Below are positions 9,589 through 17,426 of a stretch of DNA of 64,000 nt, piece by piece (within the stretch, counting starts at the first letter, position 1; every line of letters begins with the position of its first letter). The position numbers and the translations under genes were made by a program. Origin of the DNA: Bacteroidales bacterium (GTDB lineage Bacteria > Bacteroidota > Bacteroidia > Bacteroidales > UBA7960); contig JAWLDT010000006.1 of assembly GCA_041686485.1 (NCBI GenBank), positions 1,669 to 65,668 on the forward strand, given 5' to 3'. The notes beneath the pieces were generated by a model that ran no database searches, was not told the origin of the DNA, and saw only the letters and a list, made by a program, of their open reading frames with translations.

Positions 9589-9616
9589 TGACAGGTCAAG
9601 CCCTGTCATTACGGTA
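9589..9616. repeat. Hairpin module A: TGACAGG-TCAAGC-CCTGTCA + TTACGGTA
   Basis: 7-bp perfect stem with a 6-nt loop. The 28-nt module recurs at 9824-9851 with a compensatory change in the loop-closing pair. Confidence 0.9.
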
Positions 9617-9634
9617 CGCAGCCCAAGTGCTGCG
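9617..9634. other. Hairpin CGCAGC-CCAAGT-GCTGCG
   Basis: 6-bp perfect stem with a hexaloop of the shared YCAAGY type. Confidence 0.8.
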
Positions 9635-9661
9635 GCTACCACTGCTTCATTTTTATAACTG

Positions 9662-9685
9662 GCAGGCCGGCCAAGTCCGGCCTGC
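9662..9685. other. Hairpin GCAGGCCGG-CCAAGT-CCGGCCTGC
   Basis: 9-bp perfect GC-rich stem with a YCAAGY hexaloop. Confidence 0.85.
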
Positions 9686-9694
9686 AACTGAATT

Positions 9695-9780
9695 GAACCC
9701 TTTCAGGGTTCTCGTTTTCCGGGCGTTTCTTATACCCGAATTGCATTCGGGGCTATTCATATTTAATCCCTTCGGGATTA
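9695..9780. other. Three short hairpins with 7-bp stems and 3-nt loops
   Basis: gaaccct-ttc-agggttc (9695-9711), cccgaat-tgc-attcggg (9735-9751) and taatccc-ttc-gggatta (9764-9780). Confidence 0.75.
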
Positions 9781-9823
9781 GTGCCGAGCAGTTTCCTATC
9801 TTCAGCTCCCAGCTCACGGGTTC

Positions 9824-9851
9824 TGACAGCTCAAGCGCTGTCATTACGGTA
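9824..9851. repeat. Hairpin module B: TGACAGC-TCAAGC-GCTGTCA + TTACGGTA
   Basis: Identical to module A except for G..C becoming C..G at the pair closing the loop. Confidence 0.9.
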
Positions 9852-9873
9852 GCTCCCCGAGGGGAAATGGTTG

Positions 9874-9893
9874 AGGCTGGTCAAGCCCGGCCT
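9874..9893. other. Hairpin AGGCTGG-TCAAGC-CCGGCCT
   Basis: 7-bp stem including one G-T (G-U) wobble, with a TCAAGC loop. Confidence 0.7.
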
Positions 9894-9907
9894 ACACATG
9901 TATCAGC

Positions 9908-9944
9908 TCTCTTCCTTCCAGCTTCCAGCTTCCAGCTTCGAGCT
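9908..9944. repeat. Right copy of the perfect 37-bp direct repeat
   Basis: Identical to 9516-9552. It ends 18 nt before the stop codon of the DUF362 gene. Confidence 0.95.
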
Positions 9945-9961
9945 CTTTTCTTCTTCCTTCC

Positions 9962-10897
9962 CTACAACGCTACCCTCCGGATATTCAGCTGATCCAGCTG
10001 CATGTTTCCGACCCCTTTCTCGGCGCCAATGCGGATGTGCCCGATATCTCCGGGCTGGTGTTCCAGTAACATGGAAGAGGCGGCATCCGCGGCAATGATG
10101 TCTTCCGATACGATCAGACTGCGCATCCTTGTGAGGTCTGACGTGGAGGTGCCCTTAGGCCCGTTTTGGGTCATCACCAGGTAGGCATCAACAATATTGA
10201 GATCCGGCTTTTTCCACAGGCAAAAATCGGCAATACACTGATGCAGGTCGTTGCGATGCCAGTACCCCCGGTCCCAAACCAGCCCCATGAGGTTTTTCAT
10301 GCCTATGGTGACGGTGGTGGAGCCGTGGTGTTTTAAAACGGGAATGTTGATAAACACATCACCTTCGAGTAGCTTTTCATGAACCTTTACATTCTTTAAC
10401 CGCTCGGCTCCGGGAATAGAAACCTCTGTGAAATACCGCTCAAGGTGGGCATGCAGCATTTGCCCGCCGGCGTTCTCGACTGCCTCTTTCACACCGCTGT
10501 TGGTATAGCTTCTTTCCCAATTGTCGCAGGTATGGTCGAAAGCGTATACCCGCCTTGCGCCGGCATCCAGACAATCCTTTACAATAGCTGCCATAAGGTC
10601 AGGATTGGTATTTGCGGCCCTTTCGGGTGAGGTGTCCCAGCTTGCATTGGGCTTTAAGACCACAGTTTGTCCGGGCTTTACATAGGTGCCAATGCCACCC
10701 ATCTCAGCCATGGCCCGCTGATACAACTCTACCGGCTCACCATTACGCACGGCTACCAGGTCATAGTTGCCACGGGACTCTGCCTTTTTTTCGGCAGCAA
10801 ACAATGGTATTCTGCCTATCGTAGAGGCGTACAGGCTGCTCAGGGCAGAAAAAACAACCCCCTTTTGAAGAAATTCCCTTCTGTTCATATCCCACAT
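9962..10897 (-). CDS. Tat-signal DUF362 domain protein
   Basis: The ORF-track start at 10921 is TTG. The first ATG is at 10897 (MWDMNRREFLQKG…) and gives a twin-arginine-type signal (RREFL followed by a hydrophobic stretch). The body has DUF362-like motifs (GQTVVLKPNASWD, INIPVLKHHG). ATG 10888 is an alternative start. Confidence 0.75.
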   Translation of the reverse strand: MWDMNRREFLQKGVVFSALSSLYASTIGRIPLFAAEKKAESRGNYDLVAVRNGEPVELYQRAMAEMGGIGTYVKPGQTVVLKPNASWDTSPERAANTNPDLMAAIVKDCLDAGARRVYAFDHTCDNWERSYTNSGVKEAVENAGGQMLHAHLERYFTEVSIPGAERLKNVKVHEKLLEGDVFINIPVLKHHGSTTVTIGMKNLMGLVWDRGYWHRNDLHQCIADFCLWKKPDLNIVDAYLVMTQNGPKGTSTSDLTRMRSLIVSEDIIAADAASSMLLEHQPGDIGHIRIGAEKGVGNMQLDQLNIRRVAL

Positions 10898-10899
10898 TT

Positions 10900-10923
10900 T
10901 TTTGCATAAGTTCTTATGCAAAA
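10900..10923. promoter_or_regulatory. Perfect 11-bp inverted repeat TTTTGCATAAG-tt-CTTATGCAAAA
   Basis: Read directly. It sits 3-26 nt upstream of the first ATG (10897) of the DUF362 gene, in the divergent spacer. Confidence 0.5.
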
Positions 10924-11068
10924 TTAAAATTTAACGCATCATTTTTGTATTTTTGGGGTTCTTAATGAGATGAAACAGGTTATTTATACTCATTTTAAGT
11001 AAACAAAACCCCGGAAACCAGATCGGGTAAACAGGTTGAAAAATAATTAACCAATTGACAATCAGATT

Positions 11069-11602
11069 ATGAGTCAGACCAGAGCCATTAGTTTTCCTGC
11101 CAGCACCAATCTTCGGGCGATCCTGTTTGATGTATTTGCATTGGCCTTTATTTATCTTGTACCCACCATTTCTCACATGTTAAGCATCAAATTGTACCTG
11201 CTTGAACCCATGCGCCTGATGCTTGTTCTGGCAATGGTGCATACGCGGCGGCAGAATGCATACATACTGGCGTTTACCATGCCGTTTTTCTCATTCTTGA
11301 TTTCCGCACATCCCCTGCTGGTCAAAGCCCTGCTTATTGCCATTGAGCTTGTGGTGATGGTTTTTGTGTTCTATCAGCTGGAAAAGCGTTTGCATACTTT
11401 TGTGGCCATATTTTCCGCCATTTTGGTCAGCAAAATGCTTTATTATGGGATGAAGTATGTTGCGGTTATTACTGTCCTGCCAGCAGAACCACTTGTAGGA
11501 ACACCTTTGCAATTGCAGGTTCTGACATCCCTGGCATTTAGCCTGTATCTGTTTCTTGTATTTGGAAAGTCCAGCTTATCAGGATCAGGCGGGACAAGCT
11601 GA
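11069..11602 (+). CDS. Hypothetical integral membrane protein (about 5 TM helices)
   Basis: 177 aa, strongly hydrophobic with regularly spaced TM-like segments. I recognise no family. Confidence 0.55.
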   Translation: MSQTRAISFPASTNLRAILFDVFALAFIYLVPTISHMLSIKLYLLEPMRLMLVLAMVHTRRQNAYILAFTMPFFSFLISAHPLLVKALLIAIELVVMVFVFYQLEKRLHTFVAIFSAILVSKMLYYGMKYVAVITVLPAEPLVGTPLQLQVLTSLAFSLYLFLVFGKSSLSGSGGTS

Positions 11603-11648
11603 TAGTTTGCCCGGTGTGATTTTTGGTCTTTCCTGTTTGCCATTTTTT

Positions 11649-11656
11649 TACCTTTG
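11649..11656 (+). promoter_or_regulatory. -7 promoter box TACCTTTG
   Basis: Matches TAnnTTTG, with only 5 nt before ATG 11662. Confidence 0.45.
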
Positions 11657-11661
11657 CCGCC

Positions 11662-12237
11662 ATGATTATTCTTGGTGATACTGTATTATCAGATGAGCTG
11701 TACGAGGAGCAGTTTGTTTGCGACCTTCCTGTTTGTAAGGGAGGATGTTGTATAGAAGGAGATGCCGGAGCTCCCCTAACTAAAGAAGAAACGTTTATCC
11801 TGGAGGAGATATCCGGACGTGTCCTGCCTTTTATGATTGGTGACGGTGTACAGGCAGTTAACGATCAGGGCTATTGGGTCAAAGATGACGACGGTGACCT
11901 GACCACCCCACTGGTAGACGGGAAGCAGTGTGCTTACGTCTTTTATGATTCCGGCAGGATAGCCAAATGTGCCATAGAGCGTGCATTTGAAGAGGGACTG
12001 GTTGATTTTCAAAAACCAATTTCCTGTCACCTGTTTCCCATCCGAATTACAAAATATCCCCATTACGAGGCACTGAACTACTTCCGCTGGCACTTGTGTG
12101 ACTGTGCCCGCCTGAAAGGGCAAAAAAAGAAGGTAAGGGTTTATCGTTTCCTGAAGGAGCCGCTCATCCGCAGGTATGGTAAGGAGTGGTATGAAGAGCT
12201 GGAAGCTTACATTCATTACACCTATGAATCAGCATAG
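11662..12237 (+). CDS. DUF3109-family cysteine-rich protein
   Basis: MIILGDTVLSDELYEEQFVCDLPVCKGGCCIEGDAGAPL… matches the N-terminal pattern I recall for DUF3109. The start is moved from 11623 to ATG 11662 because a promoter box lies inside the longer ORF. Confidence 0.7.
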   Translation: MIILGDTVLSDELYEEQFVCDLPVCKGGCCIEGDAGAPLTKEETFILEEISGRVLPFMIGDGVQAVNDQGYWVKDDDGDLTTPLVDGKQCAYVFYDSGRIAKCAIERAFEEGLVDFQKPISCHLFPIRITKYPHYEALNYFRWHLCDCARLKGQKKKVRVYRFLKEPLIRRYGKEWYEELEAYIHYTYESA

Positions 12238-12310
12238 CATGCCCTGCCTGCGTCGGATGTAGCCGGAAAGTGCTTCAACCCTCAAAAAATACCGGATCAA
12301 TGAGAGGCTC

Positions 12311-13834
12311 TTACCTGGACAGGGTTTGTATTGCCTGCTCAATTCGTTGTATCACCTCGTCTTTGCCAAGAATTTCCATGATTGCTTTTACGTCCGGACC
12401 TTTTCCTGCACCCACCAGTGCAAGCCGCAGACCGGGCATGATTTTGCCGGCACCGATATCGTACTCTTCCATGAACGCATGTAATGTGACTTCGATGTTT
12501 TCCGTGGTGAACGAATCGACCGAGCGAAGCTTTTCTGCCAGGGCCTGGAGCAGTTCTGGTGTTTCTTCCTTCCATTTCTTTTTGGCAAACTTTTCATCAT
12601 AGGCCACGGGTCTTTCAAAAAAGAAAGCGGCTTGATCCCACAATTCGCTGGTAAAGTTAACCCGTTCGCGAACCAGGTCGGTGATTTTTTCCATGGTTCC
12701 TTCGTCGGGCTGGTATCCCTTCTTCTGTATTTGTTGCATGAAATCGGCCGCTATTTCTTCGTTCGGTTTTTGCTGCAGGTACTGATGGTTAAACCACCTT
12801 GCTTTTTCGGGATCAAAGCGGGCGCCGGCCTTACCGACCTTATCCAGGGAAAATGCATCAATCAGTTCTTCAAGAGAAAATATTTCCTGCTCGGTGCCGG
12901 GGTTCCAGCCAAGGAGCGCCAGGATGTTTATGAAAGCTTCGGGGAAATATCCTTCTTCCTTATAGCCTGGCGAAACTTCACCGGTAACAGGATCTTTCCA
13001 TTCGAGCGGGAACACCGGGAATCCGAGACGGTCGCCATCACGTTTGCTTAGCTTTCCATTCCCATCGGGCTTAAGCAACAGGGGCAAATGGGCAAATGCC
13101 GGCATCTGATTTTCCCAGCCAAGTACCCGGTACAATAAAACATGCAGGGGTGCTGAGGGTAGCCACTCTTCTCCGCGAATTACATGGGTGATATGCATCA
13201 GATGGTCATCCACCACGTTGGCCAGATGGTAGGTGGGCATGCCGTCGCTTTTGAACAACACTTTGTCATCAAGCTGGTCGGTGTTGACCGTTACCTTACC
13301 GCGTATCAGGTCATTTACGATCACTTCCTCGTTTTCCGGCGTTCTGAGTCTTACCACATAAGGCTCACCGGCATCAAGTTTTTGTTGTACCGTATCTTCC
13401 GAAAGGGTCAGGGCATTTTTCATCGACAATCGTGTCTGGCTGTCGTACTGCGGGTTGCCTGATTTGGTTTCCTTAAGCCTGTCACGCATAGCTTCAAGCT
13501 CTTCGGGTGTGTCAAAAGCGTAATAGGCATGGCCCTGATCGATAAGCTGCATCACGTGATCTTTATACAGATCTTTTCTGTTCGACTGGCGATAAGGCCC
13601 GTCAGGACCACCTTTGTCAGGTCCTTCGTCCCATAAGATGCCACACCACTTCAGGGCATCCATGATGTATTTTTCAGCTCCGGGTACAAAACGTGTCTGA
13701 TCGGTATCCTCGATACGCAATAAAAACTGACCACCATGTTTACGGGCATAAAGATAGTTGTACAGGGCTGTCCGGACACCGCCCATATGCAAGGGGCCGG
13801 TGGGACTTGGTGCAAATCTGACGCGAACACTCAT
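12311..13834 (-). CDS. gltX: Glutamate--tRNA ligase
   Basis: 507 aa. It has the class I HIGH-type motif (PSPTGPLHMGGVRTALYNY) and a KMSKS-type motif (KLSKRDG). Confidence 0.95.
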   Translation of the reverse strand: MSVRVRFAPSPTGPLHMGGVRTALYNYLYARKHGGQFLLRIEDTDQTRFVPGAEKYIMDALKWCGILWDEGPDKGGPDGPYRQSNRKDLYKDHVMQLIDQGHAYYAFDTPEELEAMRDRLKETKSGNPQYDSQTRLSMKNALTLSEDTVQQKLDAGEPYVVRLRTPENEEVIVNDLIRGKVTVNTDQLDDKVLFKSDGMPTYHLANVVDDHLMHITHVIRGEEWLPSAPLHVLLYRVLGWENQMPAFAHLPLLLKPDGNGKLSKRDGDRLGFPVFPLEWKDPVTGEVSPGYKEEGYFPEAFINILALLGWNPGTEQEIFSLEELIDAFSLDKVGKAGARFDPEKARWFNHQYLQQKPNEEIAADFMQQIQKKGYQPDEGTMEKITDLVRERVNFTSELWDQAAFFFERPVAYDEKFAKKKWKEETPELLQALAEKLRSVDSFTTENIEVTLHAFMEEYDIGAGKIMPGLRLALVGAGKGPDVKAIMEILGKDEVIQRIEQAIQTLSR

Positions 13835-13893
13835 AATAATATGTATATTAATTGTAATAAAGACCCATACGGTCTGTATAGTATGTTGTTTGT

Positions 13894-15444
13894 CTAATCT
13901 GAAATTATCGGTTTGTGGTGTTGACGGAGGTATGATTCCCAGTCATGCAGGGTTTGGTTTCGGACGACACGCGGAAATTTGTTTTGTGCGCCTTCCTTGC
14001 CTTTCATCTTCAACCAGCCATAGAATGCCTGAGATGGAAGCACATGAACGAAAACGTCTTTGATGGCGGCTATGCGTTCCACCCGGTAATCATCGTTCAG
14101 TATCTTCATATTATCGTCAATCTGCTTTTTCAGGGCATTGGGGTCGATATCATCATCGGTTCCGATAAACCACTTGTGGGCAAACATGCGGCCATATTTG
14201 ATTCCTGTGACGGAAAACTCCCTGATTACAATATTGAGCTTTTCTTCGGCCATCTTGATGGCTTTATTCATATTTTCGATAGACATATGCTCGCCGCAGA
14301 GATTCAAAAAATGCTTCGTACGGCCGGTAATGATGATTTCACTACGCTTTTTATCGGCGATCCTGACCACATCACCGATCAGGTAGCGCCATGCACCGGC
14401 ACATGTGCTTAGAAGCAAGGCATAGTCATGGCCTTCTTCAACTTCTTCAATGGTGAGGGCCTCCGGATTTTGCTGCAACTGGCCTTCCGCATCAAAATTG
14501 TTATCATCGAAAGGAATGAACTCCATAAATAATCCGTTATCCAGCGAAAGTTGCATGTTCTCAGTATCAGGCCGGCCCTGGAAAGCGATGAAACCCTCAG
14601 AAGCGAGGTATGTCTCGATATAGGTCAGTGGTTTCCCGAGTAGCTCCTCAAATCCTTTTTTGTAGGGCCCGAAAGAGACCCCTCCATGGACAAAAATAGA
14701 CAGATTCGGCCATATCTCATGGATGTTATTCAACTTATAATGATTAATGATTTTTTCCAGCAGTATTTGCCACCAGGCTGGAACACCGACCATCACACCA
14801 ATATCCCAGTCTTTGGCTTTGGCCACAATTTCGTCAAGCTTGGTTGGCCAGTCACGCTCTTTGGATATGCGTTTCCCCGGTTTGTAGAAATGCTGAAACC
14901 AGAAAGGGATGTTTTTGGTCGTGATGCCTGAAAGATCGCCTTCGAAATAGGTGCCGTTATATTGAAGGTGTGTGCTGCCACCCAACATCAGTATGCCTTT
15001 TTCATAAAAGGACCTCGGGAAGTTATACCTTGCCAGTGAGAAGATCTGTTTGACGCTGGTTTTTTTGATGGCGCGGAGCATGGTGGCTGTCACGGGAATG
15101 TGTTTACTGGAAGCTTCGGACGTCCCGGAGCTGAGGGCGAAGTATTTTACCTTTCCCGGCCAGCAGACATAAGGCTCTCCGTTTAAAGTTCGGTACCACC
15201 AATCCTTGAAAATGGAATTGTAGTCGTGGATGGGAATGCGCTCCTGGAAACTACGGATGATATCTTCGCTTTGCAAAATTTCGGTAAATCTATAATGTTC
15301 CCCAAAAGCGGTATTGGCTGCCCGCCTGAGTAACTTTTTCAACTCACGTTTTTGGGCTTTGCCAGGATTTTTAGTGTGCATGATAACAGGCATTCTGCTT
15401 CTCAGCTCGATGGCCCGCTTAATGATGGAACCTAATATTGGCAT
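13894..15444 (-). CDS. GH3 (auxin-responsive promoter) family adenylating enzyme homologue
   Basis: 516 aa. The length and sequence pattern (…FALSSGTSEASSKHIPVT…) are typical of the bacterial GH3 family common in Bacteroidota. Confidence 0.75.
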   Translation of the reverse strand: MPILGSIIKRAIELRSRMPVIMHTKNPGKAQKRELKKLLRRAANTAFGEHYRFTEILQSEDIIRSFQERIPIHDYNSIFKDWWYRTLNGEPYVCWPGKVKYFALSSGTSEASSKHIPVTATMLRAIKKTSVKQIFSLARYNFPRSFYEKGILMLGGSTHLQYNGTYFEGDLSGITTKNIPFWFQHFYKPGKRISKERDWPTKLDEIVAKAKDWDIGVMVGVPAWWQILLEKIINHYKLNNIHEIWPNLSIFVHGGVSFGPYKKGFEELLGKPLTYIETYLASEGFIAFQGRPDTENMQLSLDNGLFMEFIPFDDNNFDAEGQLQQNPEALTIEEVEEGHDYALLLSTCAGAWRYLIGDVVRIADKKRSEIIITGRTKHFLNLCGEHMSIENMNKAIKMAEEKLNIVIREFSVTGIKYGRMFAHKWFIGTDDDIDPNALKKQIDDNMKILNDDYRVERIAAIKDVFVHVLPSQAFYGWLKMKGKEGAQNKFPRVVRNQTLHDWESYLRQHHKPIISD

Positions 15445-15504
15445 GTTGACTGTTTTGGTAGATACACAGAATCTTCACGTTCATTCATAAATGTACAAAA
15501 TTTC

Positions 15505-17244
15505 TCACGAGTCATTATGGTTTCCACCAATCCAGGCTTTAACCTCTTCGGGTTTTGGGGCGGGGATATCCAGTTTCTTTTTCTTCCTGAGTCCGCAAAG
15601 CTGATTAAACACCTTATTGAGGTTGGCTTCCCTTAGTGTGCTGAGGTCATGATAACCCGCTTCGGGTAGCAACTGTGCCCAGGTTTCGGGAATGCCGGCC
15701 TGTATAAACGCTTCAGTGCCGCTGGTGGTCGTCGATGATTGTTCGGGTCGCATCTGCGGGAAGAACAAAACGTCCTGAATGCTATCGGCATTGGTAAGGA
15801 TCATTGCCAGTCTGTCGATACCTATCCCCAGGCCTGCTGTGGGTGGCATGCCTGTTTCAATGGCTTTTAAAAAGTCTTCATCAAGGATCATGGCTTCAGG
15901 ATCTCCGCGTCGCTCCAATTCGAGCTGTTCTTCAAAGCGCTGACGTTGATCTACAGGGTCATTCAGCTCACTGAAGGCATTGCTTATCTCTTTGCCATTG
16001 CAGATGGCCTCAAAACGTTCGACCAGACCCGGTTCACTCCGGTGTTTCTTCGCCAGCGGCGACATTTCTATGGGGTAATCGGTAATGAAGGTAGGCTGGA
16101 TAAGATTGGGCTCGCATTTCTCTCCGAAGATCTCATCGATAAGCTTGCCACGGCCCATGCTGTCATCTGTTTCTATCCCGATGCTGCTGGCAAAGGCGCG
16201 TATCTCAGCTTCATCCATCGCTGAGACATCCGTACCGGTGAAATGGGCGATAGCTTCGTACATGGTATAACGTTTCCAGGGACGCCGGAAGTCGATGGTG
16301 TTGTCACCTACGCGGACGCTGGTCTGTCCATGCATGTCGGTAACGATCTTCTCCATCATCTCTTCCACCAGCGTCATCATCCATTCATAATCCTTGTAAG
16401 CGACATAAAGCTCCATCTGGGTGAACTCCGGATTATGGAAACGACTCATACCTTCGTTGCGGAAGTCTTTGGCAAACTCAAATACGCCCTCATAACCTCC
16501 CACTATCAATCGCTTCAGGTACAGCTCGTTGGCAATACGCAGATAAAGGGTTGTGTCGAGTTTATTATGATAGGTTTTGAATGGCCTGGCGGCTGCTCCG
16601 CCGTATATGGGCTGCAGCACAGGTGTTTCAACCTCAAGGTAGCCTGCTTTAAGCAGATAGTCGCGCATGCTTTGGATCAGGCGTGCGCGCTGCCGGAATA
16701 TTTCCTTGTTCCCGGGGTTTACGATGAGGTCAAGATAACGTTGACGATAGCGTTGTTCAGGGTCTGTAAACGCATCATACACCTTGCCATCTTTTTCTTT
16801 TACCACGGGCAGCGGGCGTAATGATTTGCAAAGGATTTTGAATTCCTTGACATGAACGGTGGTTTCACCCATTTTGGTGGTAAACACAAACCCCTTCACG
16901 CCAATGATATCACCGATGTCGATCAGGCGTTTGAAGACGGTATTATACATGGTTTTATCCTCGCCCGGACAAATCTCATCGCGATTGAAATACAGCTGTA
17001 TACGTCCGCTTTCGTCCTGCAGCTCTGCAAAAGAGGCGCTGCCCATGATCCGGCGGCCCATCACCCTGCCGGCGATTTGAATAGTTTGGAAGAGGCTGTT
17101 GTCTTCCGGAAACTGTTCTTTGATTTTCCGGGCTGTGGCTGTAATATCAAATGTTTCAGAAGGGTAGGGGTCAATACCCAAATCCCGCAGCTGCTGAAGC
17201 GCCTGCCTCCGTATCTGTTCCTGTTCGCTTATTCGTTGATCCAT
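15505..17244 (-). CDS. lysS: Lysine--tRNA ligase (class II) with a C-terminal extension
   Basis: Class II LysRS motifs are present ([34 protein letters not shown]). The start is set at ATG 17244 ([10 protein letters not shown]…) because a TAnnTTTG box at 17270-17277 lies inside the longer ORF (to 17307). Confidence 0.9.
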   Translation of the reverse strand: MDQRISEQEQIRRQALQQLRDLGIDPYPSETFDITATARKIKEQFPEDNSLFQTIQIAGRVMGRRIMGSASFAELQDESGRIQLYFNRDEICPGEDKTMYNTVFKRLIDIGDIIGVKGFVFTTKMGETTVHVKEFKILCKSLRPLPVVKEKDGKVYDAFTDPEQRYRQRYLDLIVNPGNKEIFRQRARLIQSMRDYLLKAGYLEVETPVLQPIYGGAAARPFKTYHNKLDTTLYLRIANELYLKRLIVGGYEGVFEFAKDFRNEGMSRFHNPEFTQMELYVAYKDYEWMMTLVEEMMEKIVTDMHGQTSVRVGDNTIDFRRPWKRYTMYEAIAHFTGTDVSAMDEAEIRAFASSIGIETDDSMGRGKLIDEIFGEKCEPNLIQPTFITDYPIEMSPLAKKHRSEPGLVERFEAICNGKEISNAFSELNDPVDQRQRFEEQLELERRGDPEAMILDEDFLKAIETGMPPTAGLGIGIDRLAMILTNADSIQDVLFFPQMRPEQSSTTTSGTEAFIQAGIPETWAQLLPEAGYHDLSTLREANLNKVFNQLCGLRKKKKLDIPAPKPEEVKAWIGGNHNDS

Positions 17245-17269
17245 CGGTATCCTGTTTTTTGATAAAGTG

Positions 17270-17277
17270 CAAAGGTA
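17270..17277 (-). promoter_or_regulatory. -7 promoter box TACCTTTG for lysS
   Basis: Reverse complement of caaaggta, 25 nt upstream of ATG 17244. Confidence 0.5.
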
Positions 17278-17362
17278 ATGAATATCCTGATTCCGGTTTT
17301 CTGCCATGCAGTTGTTTCCTGATGATTCAGGGAATGCGGTGCTTGCAAGTATATAGCAAGGG

Positions 17363-17392
17363 GTTCGGGCTCAGCTTGTGTGCCTTCGAAAC
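17363..17392. repeat. 30-bp direct repeat, copy 1 (GTTCGGGCTCAGCTTGTGTGCCTTCGAAAC)
   Basis: Perfect copy of 17427-17456. It lies in the lysS/rlmD divergent spacer. Confidence 0.95.
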
Positions 17393-17426
17393 TTTAAAAG
17401 GCTGTCTGTAGCTATTAAGCTGACAA

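Noticed and set aside
9588-9992. A 134-aa plus-strand ORF, and a 63-aa minus-strand ORF (9653-9844), spanning the repeat/hairpin spacer.
   Set aside because: The translation is low-complexity and built from the tandem repeats and palindromes (…LPASSFQLRALFFFLP…). I see no recognisable domain and no promoter box. It also runs into the convergent DUF362 gene end. I treat it as non-coding.
10955-11012. An imperfect long hairpin (ggggtt-cttaatgag … ctcattttaag-…aacccc) in the DUF362/membrane-protein divergent spacer.
   Set aside because: The stem needs a 2-nt bulge and a large AT-rich loop, it has no U-tract, and it lies between divergent starts, so a terminator role makes no sense. The evidence is not strong enough.
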